Shown: positions 12,480 to 25,689 of the stretch, one piece after another
How positions within the stretch are numbered: position 1 is the stretch's first letter
Layout: the number at the start of each line of letters is the position of its first letter
From: Octopus bimaculoides
Lineage: Eukaryota
Direction: 5' to 3'
Assembly: GCF_001194135.2 (NCBI RefSeq)
Contig: NC_069000.1
Coordinates: 35,754,261-35,818,260, forward strand
Length of the DNA: 64,000 nucleotides
Notes under the pieces: model-generated
Seen by the model: the letters and a program-made list of their open reading frames with translations, nothing else
What the model was told of the DNA's origin: nothing
Databases searched by the model: none
Translations under genes and position numbers: made by a program

Positions 12480-13750
12480 GTACGTGGCAAGTTTATTTTC
12501 GAAGCATGTGTTGAATATAAATCTGGCTAGAATGCCCTAAAGAGATTTTTGGTGGTGTTATTCTAATTTTTATTAAATTATATCAATACAGTGCATGTTA
12601 AACATTCTGACGTTCCACCATGAAGGAGTTGTCTTCCGTGTGACCCACATCGAGGAAAGTAGCAACTAACAGACGTTAGTGTGAACAGCCACCACCACCT
12701 TGGTAATGGCGCAGTCTTTGTTTGAAGCACTCACAGGTAACTCGTTCAAAATTATATTTACTACCTAAGAGAATCGTGTAAGGAATTTTATTTTAGCTTT
12801 TCGCTCTTTTTATTTTGTTTTAACCTCGGTTATTAACTACAAAATCGTTTTTTATTAACCTCTTCACGTAGGAGGGTGTAGCCATGTTGAATTTTCTAAC
12901 CGTTCCACACAGACTATTTTACTTAATATTTGGCGACTATAAAGAGCCGTGCAAGCTCAAATTATTTAAATAAATCTAACTTAAATCTTCTATTAAATTC
13001 TTTTCTTCGAAATTATTTGACTCCAATCTTGCATTTAGCGTTGAAATTTGTTAATTGATGTGTGGTGTATCTGGGCGTCATCATGGCTGTTGGAACGGCA
13101 CAAAACAAAGTAGTCGGAAGCAGCAAGAGCGGCTACACTAAATTGCTTTTACTACATGAAAGCAATTCCGCTTTTTCTCTCGTCTGTCGTCCTTTCGTAC
13201 ACTATTCCAAGTTTTCCTTTACATATTTCTCATCTGGAAAATCGGTATAGTAACCGAAAATGCTTCCGAGAAGTCTTCTTTAAACATCCCGACACTATTT
13301 GTTATTATTTAAGGTTTAATTCGTGTCGTGTTTGCATTGGAAAACCAATCAACGTTACATGACAATGGTTTGAATTTCTGACCTTACAGACACTTAGTAC
13401 TACATGTAGTCAGATCTACTAATGCACGCACATATTCGTACTTGAAACTGCAATTATAATATATTGACGCTTCATTCCACGCTTTCAACGTTCCCGTAGC
13501 AGAAGTGATATTAACCATTGTTATGAAATGTTATAAAGGCTGTTATAATTAATATTAACGGAAACAACGATACTTTCGGTTAATATTAACCCTGCTTACT
13601 CGATATGTCGATGGCAACGGGCTTGTCCACATTACAACCTCTGTGTTTTGGTACATGAATAAAACACGACGCATATTTATGCGTATAATGTTCAGATTTA
13701 ATTCCTTCTCCAAGTGAATTTCCAAATATACAATTCTTCACACGTTTTAA
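12480..13750. promoter_or_regulatory. Probable promoter / 5' regulatory region of ZNF341 (relatively CpG-rich, repeat-free)
   Basis: Visibly more CG dinucleotides than flanks and no SINEs. TGACGT at 12608-12613, AATGGCG (YY1-like) over the ATG, CCAAT boxes near 13023 and 13345. TSS cannot be determined. Confidence 0.45.
12706..12736 (+). CDS. ZNF341: ZNF341 coding exon 1 ([10 protein letters not shown], phase 1)
   Basis: ATG GCG CAG TCT TTG TTT GAA GCA CTC ACA G followed by gtaact. Confidence 0.88.
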
Positions 13751-16259
13751 CTACTTTTATTTGATGGGAAAAGAAATGGAATTTTTACTAATAAATTCTT
13801 CATTTGCTACCAGATATATCTTTTTACCTTGTTTTGTTTTATTCTCTTTAAATGAATGAGTAAATAAATAAAATGCATATCTGTGTGTCCGTGTTGTGCA
13901 CAATTCAAATAGAAAATCGATTAGCAAAGTAAAAGTACCGACTATTATATCACTTTTGTCCTACATAAATGTCCTTTCTCCATTCCGAAGTCTCAGCAAA
14001 ACTGATGCGTTGAACCATAGACTAGCAACAAATCAGCTCCCTACAAATAATTAAATCTATCAGTTGCACCCTACCATCTGGAATAAAGGACTCAATGCAC
14101 AGTCTTGTCTTTTTTTTTTCCTTAATATGATGAGATGGTAATGGTTAAAACGCCTTGGATCATAGATCAGCTGGCTCAAGGCTGTTAAGCTTAAACTATA
14201 ACGAGTTTCTCTCAATTAAAAGCAGAACTTCTCTTTCCAACTTCAAGTGATACTTAAAAGGTGATGATGTTTTGTGAGTGATAAAAAGCTTGATTTCAGC
14301 TCTTTCATCCTTGTCCACCATACTAACTCACTCAATAATACTTCTGAAAGAAACTAGCAGAATGATTTTTCATTGTCAACTTAGTTGAAAATCAGATCCA
14401 TCCTATATATAGCCAACCTACAGAAACTTGAGGGTACAGTGTAAATGGACGATTTCACATAAAAAATCCATCCTCTGGTATGACTCTTATATTAACCCAG
14501 TCTTCCCCAAATCATAACCTTTTGTATGAGCCATTTTAGATATTCAGGTGATGAACATCAATCTGTAGAAGCACAAAATAAACCTTTTGGTAAACTGGTG
14601 TGCTTGCAACTGGACTAGGAGTTTTCCATTTTGAGTAGTTGATGCTGTCTGCCATTTATTGCTAAACTGATTTTGTTTCAGAATTTAGTTACATTTAAGC
14701 ATCTGGGTGGACAAAAACTGGAGTAAGGAAAATGCCAAAGATAGTGAATCTCTCTCAAGGACTAATGGGAAGTTGTCATTTGAAAAGAAAGTCAGTACTT
14801 AGGCTGCTCTCTTGTATGCTGATGTCTGACTGTGATGCTTTGACAGAGGATAAACAACTCTTGTGAATATCTTTTTACATTTTATGGAAGCTTGTCAATC
14901 TTAGCCACAAATAGGGGGTTACTCCTTTTGCTTTTAAACTAGTCATATCTGGCCAAAATGTCACGCTTGTTTTATGTTCCAACTTATCAGATCCAGCTTT
15001 TCACACTTACCCTACAATGTCATTCTAAAAATAAATAGTCACACCATTGGAGTATCAAAGTTACAAGATAATGCATGATTAATTCAAAACAATGTGAGTA
15101 AATAGGCATTACATTTGATAGAGTGATCTAAATGTCAAAAATATAAATCTCATGTTGCTAAGACTTGGGCAGCTATAGACGGTTTTAGAACAATATGGAA
15201 GTCAGCCCTGCCAGATAATTTGAAGAGATAGTTCTTCAGAGCAGTTGTTTAATCTGTGCTCTGACTTGGACACTCACCAAGAGATTCAGATGCATGCTGG
15301 ATGGTGCCTACAGCAGAATGTTACGTGCAGTGCTCAATATCTCTTGGAGGGAGCACCCAACAAAACAACAAGTATATGGGATGATACATATCCTTTCATC
15401 AACCATCCAAGAGCAGAGATTGATGTTTGCTGGAGAAGTAAAGAAGAGCTTCTGAGTAATGTATTACTGTGGACAGCAAATCATGCAAGCTGGAAGACGT
15501 ATATACAACAGCTTGCAGAAGATTTTGGATGCCAAGTTGAAGACCTAAAAACACTAATGTACGATTGGGAGGGATGGAGGGAGGTAGTCAGGCTGGCCCG
15601 GGCAATCAGCCTGACTGGATGAAAAAAACAAGTCAAAGGGTTAAAAGTAAAGTATATTTGCCACTTAAATGCGGCTAACCCCTAAGGGTGAATGCTACTG
15701 TAGATTGTAGCCCCAGGAGAACATCTCCTCCAGCTGGCTATTGACACACTTTCTGTGCCCTGTCAGTATTTGCAAAGGGAAGTCATCTTTCCCATTGTCG
15801 ATCTGATGTGATACACACGGACCCGAGTTTCTGGGTCAGCGTACGAAACCCGGGTCCGTGCATATCACGTCAGATCGACGATAGGAAGGATGACTTCCCT
15901 TTGCAAATACCGACAGGGCACAGAAAGTGTGTCAATAACCAGATGGAGGAGATGTTCTCCTGGGGCTACAAGCTACAGTAGCATTCACCCTTAGTGGGTT
16001 AGCCGCATTTAAGTGGTAAATATACTTCACGTTGTCGTGCTGCTACTGTTTATACCTCGTTCAGAGATTTATTATTGGTTAAAAGTAAGCTTTCCTTAAA
16101 ACGGCAAGCATCAGTGATTACATGTTGTTTACCCTCTAATCAACTCCAATTAAGTACACCAACCATCAAAAGCACTCAGCTACTTACTATCTTTTTATTT
16201 TTTAGTGTTTGTATGTATCTAATATATCCTTTCCCTCTGTCTGCCTGTCTTGTCTGTTG

Positions 16260-16293
<34 letters not shown>

Positions 16294-16992
16294 TTATCTA
16301 TCTATCTATCTTTCCAGCTATCATTCTGTCTTCCTGTCTGTCTGTATATAATATATATGCATGTGTATATGTGTGTGTGTGTACATGTTATACACACATG
16401 GAACAATCACATGATTTCTGAAGAGTAATCAATGCACGTTATCATTCATCAACTGTTGTGTTTTACATTCAAACAACAGCTGATGAAAGGTGGCATGTGT
16501 ATTGATTACCAATTGGAAATCAGGTAACTTCATACCTGTGACTTGCCAAGAAACTTTGAGTACTGTATGTAAGTGTCCCATGTGTGTATAAATATATTCC
16601 TTTGTTTCAGTGATTTGAGATCTACTTCCTTTGTTGCTACACAGGTGGTTAATTGTGTGTGTGTATGTATGTATATATATATATATATAGATCTAGATAT
16701 AGATAGATAGATAGATAGTTAGATAAGCAGATAGATAGATAAGTAGATATGTTTCTTTATTGGCCACAGAGGGGACAAAATACAAAGTAGCGCTTTTCTC
16801 TTTGGGAAGAGAGAAAAAAAAGAGTGGGGGTAGAAATTCGATCAAAAGGGATCATGGAAAGAAGGAAAAAGAAAGCCGATCAATAGGGATCGTGTATCAC
16901 AGAAATGTCATAATGCAAAAGGGAAAACAGATTAGGTTTATCCATGGAAAGAAAAGCCTACGGAAAAGACCACAGTAACCTCGGGCAATAAG

Positions 16993-17035
<43 letters not shown>

Positions 17036-17037
17036 GC

Positions 17038-17079
<42 letters not shown>

Positions 17080-18119
17080 GCAGATATATAGATATGCTTG
17101 GATAGATAAATAGATAAGTAGATAGATAGATATATAAGTAGAGATGACAAAGGAACAAACGATTATTGTATGAACTTCATTGGCTTACAGCTGTTTCTGC
17201 AATAAGATGCATAGTTGAGTGCCTGAGTAACACCTTATAGCTTCAGTGAAGCCTTGAATATGATGTGCAATTTATTTGGAAAAAGAACTGCATTTATGCA
17301 TTGTATCTGGGGAGAGTCATTCTCTTTTAGTGCCTTATTAATTTAACACACCCACCGGTTTGATTTCCACTCATTTACTTATTTATTTTTACTAAAATTT
17401 TCGTTGCATCTTGCAACCTTTACAATAGTCATTGACTATTTTGTTTGTTTGTTTATGCGTCAGTGTGCATGTGCATATACATATGTATGTATGTATCGTA
17501 TGCATTCGTGTGTGTGTGTATGCATATGTTGTTGTTGTTGGCACTCCGTCGCTTACAACGTCGAGGGTTCCAGTTGATCTGATCAACGGAACAGCCTGCT
17601 CGTGAAATTAACGTGCAAGTGGCTGAGCACTCCACAGACACATGTACCCTTAACGTAGTTCTCGGGGATATTCAGCGTGACACAGTGTGACAAGGCTGAC
17701 CCTTTGAATTACAGGCACAACAGAAACAGGAAGTAAGAGTGAGAGAAAGTTGTGGTGGAAGAGTACAGTAGGGTTCGCCACCATCCCTGCCGGAGCCTCG
17801 TGGAGCTATTAGGTGTTTTCGCTCAATAAACACTCACAAAGCCCGGTCTGGGAATCGAAACCGCGATCCTATGACCGTGAGTCCACTACCCTAACCACTG
17901 GGCCATTGCGCCTCCCGTATGCATATATATATATTAAAAAAAAACAGCATTACCAATGAGAAAGTAAATGAAGCTATAAGGTGTTGCTCAGGTACTCAAA
18001 TATGAATTCACTCCATCTCATAGCAGAAACAGCTGTAAGCTAATGAAGTTCATGAGATAATCATTTAGTCCTTTGTCATCGCTTTTGTAAGGCTCAGTGT
18101 CCTGAGATCAGCATCATTT

Positions 18120-18192
<73 letters not shown>

Positions 18193-21100
18193 CTGTGTGT
18201 TTGTGTTCCACCACCACTTGACAACCAGTGTTGATTCATTTATGTCCCCATAACTCCATAACTTAGCGGTTCGGTAAAGAAAAGAGTCTGATAGAATAAG
18301 TACCAAACTTTAAAACAAAAAATAGCTACTTGTGTCAATTTGTTTGACTAAAGCCTCCAAGTGGGTGCCCCAGCATGGCCGCAGTCCAATGATTAAAACA
18401 ATTAAAAAATAAAAGACATGATCTTTCTGCCTCTAATAATCCTTTCTACTATAGGCGCAAGGCCTGAAATTTGAGGGAGGGGGATACTTAATCACGCTGA
18501 CCCCCAGTACTCAACTGGTCCTTATTTTATGAACCCCGAAAAGATGAAAGGCAAAGTTGATCTTGGTAGAATTTGAACTCAGAACATAAAGACAGACAAA
18601 ATGCTTTATACCTCTACTAATGTTGGTGTTACTGGTTTCTTTATTACAACTCTTACGCTATTTTAATGTCTATTTTCCAGCCGGGTCCAGTGCTACAGAG
18701 AATCAAACAGCCCTGGCAGTCCAATCTTTACTGGAATCTCAGAATGTCACAGAACAACCTCAAACACAACAAGGTGGGTTTACTGTTGCCCCAGTTCCTT
18801 TGTATGTTCACTATATTTGCCCACTGTTCCATGTCTAAATTTTCTTATTGTTTTGTTTGCGCAGGCACCAGCGCAACCATGTAGTCAAAATGTTTACTTT
18901 CCAGCCACATGGTTTCAGGGTCAGTACCACTGCATGGTACCTTGGGACATGTGAGTTCTACTGTAGTCCCAGGTTTGACCAAAACCTTGTGACTTTGTAA
19001 GCAGATATGGTAGATAGAAACTGAAAGAAGCCCATTGCGTGTGCTTGTATGGAGAATAAATAATACCAAAAAATTTCCATTTTCCTGTTTCGTTTTACAT
19101 ATATATATGTATGGTGGACTCTCCCATCAAAGACAACACATGACCATTCAACATTTACCAAATGATTTGTTTATAGTGATCAAATGCTTGTACCTAACAT
19201 AATCTCACCCAAATTAGTCTTGTCTGAACAGATGCACTGTGTACCACATGTCAGGTATCGAAAGTGATTGCAGAGCAATGTGAAATGAAGTGTTTTGCTG
19301 AAGAACACAACACACCACTCGGTCTAGGAATTGAAATCACCACTCGGTCTAGGAATTGAAATCACCACTCGGTCTAGGAATTGAGTACAACACCCTAACC
19401 ACCAGGCCATGTGTCTTATATATACATATTAAAAATAAAACATATGATGGTATTCGCCTGGATAATATATCCCTCCAAACTCACTTTTCATCATCATCAT
19501 CATCATCGTTTAATGTCCGCTTTCGATGCTGGCATGAGTTGGACGGTTTGACTGAGGACTGGCTTGCCGGAAGGCTGCATCAGGCTCCAGTCTGATCTGG
19601 CAAGGTTTCTACAGCTGGATGCCCTTCCTAATGCCAACCATTCTGAGAGTGTAGTGGGTGCTTTTTATGTGCCACCAGCACGGGAGCTCAAATGGTGCTC
19701 TTTACATGCCACCAGCATGGGTGGTGTTTGCATTGATGAAAGTGTCACAATCACCTGGTATACAACATCCTTGATACAATGAAAAAGGGACAGATGATAG
19801 CTTTGCTTGTTACTATGGAAACAGACACCAATGTGAGATTCACGGTCATGCATATAATGGTGGGTTTTGATTGACTATAATTACCCAACATTTGCAAACT
19901 TTAAAAAGTCTTTACTTTTTATTTATTAATTTATGGTAAAAATGAATTTCATTTATGCTGTGCTTGAGAAAACTCGTCAAACCAAGTGAAATCATAATAG
20001 TGGCCATTGCCAGTGTCATGTAAATGGCACCTGTGAAATCGTAATTGTGGATGTTGCCGGTTGCATGATCTTTGAATGTTGGGCCTCATGGAGGTGATGA
20101 CAAGTAACTGAGACCTTTGGTGATATGTTGTATTTGAGAAGACTTATCAAACCTAGTGAAACCGAAGTTATGGCTGATGCCAGTGACATGTAAAAAGCAC
20201 CTCTGCCGGTGGCATGTAAAAATTACCCTTTGAACGTTGGGCCTCACAGAGGCGATGGTAAGTGACCAAGACCTTTTGACAATATGCCATGCTTGAGAAG
20301 ACTTGTCAAGCCAAGAGAAACTATAGTTGTGGCCGATGCTGATGCATGTAAAAAGTACCCTTCGAATGTTGGGCCTCATGGAAGCAATGATAAGTGACTG
20401 AGACCTTTGACGATATGCAGTGCTTGAGAAGACCCATCAAGCCAAGAGAAACCATAGTCATGGCTGATGCTGGTGTCATATAACTGGCACCTGTGCTGGT
20501 GGTACTTAAAAAAAGACCCATTGTACTCTTGGTGTTAGGAAGGGCATCCAGCTGTAGAAACCATCCCAAATCAGACTGGGACCGGTGCAGCTCTCTGTCT
20601 TACTAGTTCCAGTCAAACTGTCTAACCCATGCCAGCATGGAAAGCAGATATTAAATGATGATGATGATGATAACTAAATCAGTTCAACCAAATTTTAAAA
20701 CAATTGGAATACAATTGAAGAAATATGAAACCTGTGACAGCAACTGTAAAGATCCAATAATTTAAAATTCAATAGATTTCTTTCTTTTGATGCTAAATAA
20801 TTACGATATTTTAATGTGTATAAGAAACGCCCTAATTTTTGGGGCTTAAAATTTGGAAAAAAGGTTTTTTAAGAGATTATAATACTATCCATGTATAAGA
20901 AACTCCCATATTTTTCAAACCTAATTTTTGACAAAAAGGGTTCCTTATACACGTTAAAANNNNNNNNNNNNNNNNNNNNNNNNNNNNNNNNNNNNNNNNN
21001 NNNNNNNNNNNNNNNNNNNNNNNNNNNNNNNNNNNNNNTTTTTTTTCTCGGAGCTGATAATTCTACCTTTGTTGTTCTTTTCCCAACAGAAGAAGATGAT

Positions 21101-24100
21101 ATATTTCAATGTGGACGATGCAAAAAACAGTTCACGTCTCTCACGGCATTTGTCACTCACAAACAAGTACGATGTGCCCTGCCTGTTGTGGCACAGAACT
21201 CTCTCCGAGCGCCGAACACAAACGTCACTGGAACAGTTGTTTCTCAAGCTACCCCACCCAACCAGAATGTTTCTTATACAAACGCAAATCAGCAAATTCA
21301 ACGGCAGGTGAGATCGCATCTTCTTCCTTTCTTTCTTTCTTTCTTTTTTTTATTTCTTTCATTTTTTCTTTCTTTCTTTTTTTCTTTCTTCCTTCTTCTT
21401 TTCACTGAATTGCAGTCATGCTGGGACTTTGTTTAGCCAAACAAAATTTGAAACTATTATTATTATTATTATTCAGTAGTTTTATTTTTATAACGTGCTT
21501 TCACTTCACTACCGAGCGCAGCTCTGTGCGCCTTGGGTATGTGCTGTGGTTTGCTGTGGTGCTCTTATGTTTACTGTATTGAAAGTGTTTTGCGTAGGAT
21601 GTGTGCAGTACCCAGTAGTGCAATTTTCTGTATGTTATATATATTTGTAAGTCCTGCTATTTTTGTTATGTATTTATTATTATTATTATTATTATTATTG
21701 TTATTATAAGGAGCGAGCTGGCAGAATTGTTAGCATACTGGGTGAAATGCTTAGTGGCATTTTGTCTATCTCTACGTTCCGAGTTCAAATTGCACTCGGA
21801 TCGACTTTGCCTTTCATCCTTTTGAGGTAGATAAAATAAATACCGGTTGAGCACTGGGGTCAATTTAATTGACTTACCCCTCCCCTGAAATTGCTGGCCT
21901 TGTGCTAAAATTTGAAACCGTTATCATTATTATCATTCATTTTGTTCATCATTTACAAGTGTGTGTGATTTCATCATTATTTTATTTATCTTATTCAAGT
22001 TTAGAAAAAAAAAAATATACATGCAAGATATATATTAAATGAGTTTTAATCTTGATGCATGGTTTTTGGCACAGCCTGTATTTCTTTTTATTATACATCA
22101 TCAGTTGTTTTCTTTCTTTCTTTCTTTGTGCAGCAACAGAAAACCTTTACTGGCCAACAAACTACAGAACCCCAATATGAAATCCAGGTGAGTCTTTCTT
22201 GTTTATTTACCCCTCCATAAATAAAATTAGTTTACCTATTGTCTTTTACTTGTTTCAGTCATTGGAGTGTTGCCATGCTGGAGTACCATCTTAAAGGATT
22301 TTTCTATTTTTAGTTGAATAAATCGACGATCGACCATAGTACTTATCATTTTATAAATCTGGTACTTATTCTATTGGTCTTATTTGTGCCAAACTGCTAA
22401 ATTACAGGGATGTAAACAAACCAAACCCGGTTGTCAAATATTGGCAGGAGGACAAACATTTACACACACTCACTCACACACACACACACATACACGCACA
22501 CTTGTGAGAAAAGTGGTGAAGTTCTAAAAAGTCCTTTTTCCTTTTATTTTCAGCCCATTCTGACATACAGTGCAGTACCACAATCTCCACTTAACCAACT
22601 GGCCCAGAACATTCTCACAGAAGAACTCATGTCCCTGAACATGGACCAAAATCTGCAACATGTCCAAACAATGGTAAGCAATTCTTTCTTTTATTTTCTT
22701 TTTTTCTTTCAACCCTTTAGTATTCAAATTACTCCATCAAATATAATGCTTATTTATTCCCATTGTTTTTAATTAATCATACATTAACTTGTAGCTTCAA
22801 GATTTCAATGATATGTTTGTATATTTCTAGAATGACATTGTAGTGTAGAGGTGAGAGGTTGGATTTCATCAGTTTGAACATAAAACAGGTAGAATATTTT
22901 GGCTGGATATGGCCAGTTTAAATGCTAAAGAGTTAATCCTGATACATCTTCACCACCACCTGTATACCCTGACACATCTTCATCAATATCTTCCCTTTCT
23001 TTTCAACCTGCCTGGGTAACCATGTATCTTCCTCCCCTACAGAAAGACACTTGTTCTTATCCCTCTACTGTACTTTAACCTTTCCTCACCTGACATAAAG
23101 CCACCTTGTGCAGTGCTACTCCTACCTTCCGAGTTGAGGGAGCTTGTTTTGCAGGTAGCTTGTTAATCTCACTAGTGTTGGTACCATGTAAAAAGCACCC
23201 AGTACACTCTGTAAAGTAGTTGGCATTAGGAAGGACAGACATCCAGTTGTAGAAACCACGACAGAGCACTTTGGAGCTTGACATGGTCCTCTAGCTTCCC
23301 AGCTTCTATTGAACCACCCAATCCATGCCAGCATAGAAAACAGATGTAAAATGGTGATAATGGTGAACCACTGTAGTTGTTACCGCTGGTGGTACATAAA
23401 AAGCACTATTTGAGCATGATTGTTGCCAGTGCCGCCTGACTGGTTTCCATGCTGGTGGCACGTAAAAAGCACCATTCAAACATGGTTGATGCCAGTACCA
23501 CCTGACTGGCCTTCATGCCTGTGGCACGTAAAAAGCATCCACTACACTCATAGTGGTTGGTGTTAGGAAGGGCATCCAGCAGTAGAAACCCTGTCAGATC
23601 AGACTGGAGCATGGTGCAGCCTCCTGGCTTGCCAGTCCTCAGTCAAACCATCCAACCCATGCCAGCATGGAAAACAGATGTTAAACGGCGATGATGATGA
23701 TGATTTTATATGTTTCTATATCAAGCTGTTACCTCACAAAACATGAGTAATACTTATTACTGCTTTTGATTAAATTCTACTGTTTATTGTGGCTGTTATT
23801 ATTGATTAGTGTCAAGTCAACTTTGACTGAGTGACTTTAGGATTAAAAGTATTCCAACTGTGACCGTCTTTTTTTTTACTTTACAGTGTCTCTCAGACTA
23901 CATTGTTTGATGTGTCCCTCCTTTTTTGTGGTGGTGATCTCTCAATCTGACAGAAATGCTCTGTTTTTTTTTTTTGCTTACCGACCACATGGTTCCGGGT
24001 TCATTTCCACTGCATGGCACCTTGGGCAAGTGTCTTCTACTATAGCCTCGGGCCGACCAAAGCCTTGTGAGTGGATTTGGTAGACGGAAACTGAAAGAAG

Positions 24101-25643
24101 CCCGTTGTATATATGTATATATATGTATGTATGTGTGTGTATATGTTTGTGTGTCTGTGTTTGTCCGCCCAGCATCGCTTGACAACCGATGTTGGTGTGT
24201 TTACGTCCCCGTAACTTAGCGGTTCGGCAAAAGAGACCGATAGAATAAGTACTAGGCTTCCAAAGAATAAGTCCTGGGGTTGATTTGCTCGACTAAAAGG
24301 CGGTGCTCCAGCATGGCCGCAGTGAAATGACTGAAATAAGTAAAAGAGTATGTTAGTCGTCATCATCATCATCATAGATTCGTTTTCCATGCTGGCATGG
24401 GTTGAGCAGTTTTACAGGAACCAACCAGCTACAGGTTGCTGTCAAGCTCCAACATCAACTTTTTAACAGCTGAATGCCCTTCTTAATGGCAACCACCGTA
24501 CAAAGTGTGCTGACTTCTTTGTGCGTGTGCTACTGGTAACTTTGTGTGTGTGTGTCTCCAGGTAACTTACAGGACAGGAAAAGAACAAGAAAAGGAAAAA
24601 AAGCCCACCTCAGTTAAGTGGTGTGGAGGAGTATTTGAAAGGGGGAAGGTGGCTTTGTGCCAGGTGTTGAGAGGTTAAAGTGTGATAGAGGGACAAACTC
24701 AGGTGCCTTATTATAGAAGAGATACCTCATTGTATAAACCCGCGAAATTGTAGTCTTGGCCATTGCCAGTGTCATGTAAATAGTACCTATAAAATCATAG
24801 TTGTGGCCGTTGCCAGTCACTTAAATGGCATGCTAAAAACACCTATTACACTCTTGGAGTGCTTGGCATTAGAAACTATGCTGTAGAAACTATGCCAAAT
24901 CAGCCTGGAGCCTGGTGCAGCTTTCCTGCTTACCAGTTCCAGTCAAACTACCTCACCCATGGAAAGCGGATATTAAATGATGATGATGATGATGATCAAT
25001 CCAAAACGATGTGGATAAATAAGTCCTACATTTGACAAAGTAATCTGAATGCTGAAGGGTTTCAGCTGGTTTCTGGAATATAAATTACCCAGGAATTTTG
25101 ATGGAAAGTTTTGATTGAGATCATTTGCACCAGAAAAAGTTGGTAGCATACAAGCAAGGGGTTGTCTCAAATGGGTTGGTATGGAAAGGGTTAAAGTTCA
25201 TTTCATTTCCACGATGATGATGATGATGATGATGATGATGGCCTTTTCGTTTTATCTCTTACTCAGCAAACAGCAGCAGTTCAACCTGGTTCTTTCCTCT
25301 CTCCGGTGATGTCGACAGTTCCTAATGCTGTGGCTCGAAACTCCGCAACGCCAAACATTACCACCATATTCAGCAACGTCACCTCCTCCGCTGCCGTCAC
25401 CAACAACAACAACAATACCACTGTCTACACCAGCGACCCTGTTGTCAGCCAGCAGTTGCAGGCCATAACGCAACAAGTGCAACCAATTCAACAACAACAG
25501 CAACAACAACAGCAACAACAACAGCAGCAACAACAGCAGCAACAGCAGCAGCAACTGTCACAACAACAGCAACAACAAAACATGAACACTACTACCTTGA
25601 CCACTCAAACCACTGATAAAATATTCTATCAACAAGCCCAACT

Positions 25644-25689
<46 letters not shown>

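Noticed and set aside
13062-13362. Two short ORFs in intron 1
   Set aside because: No homology; they reflect the higher GC content of the promoter-proximal region.
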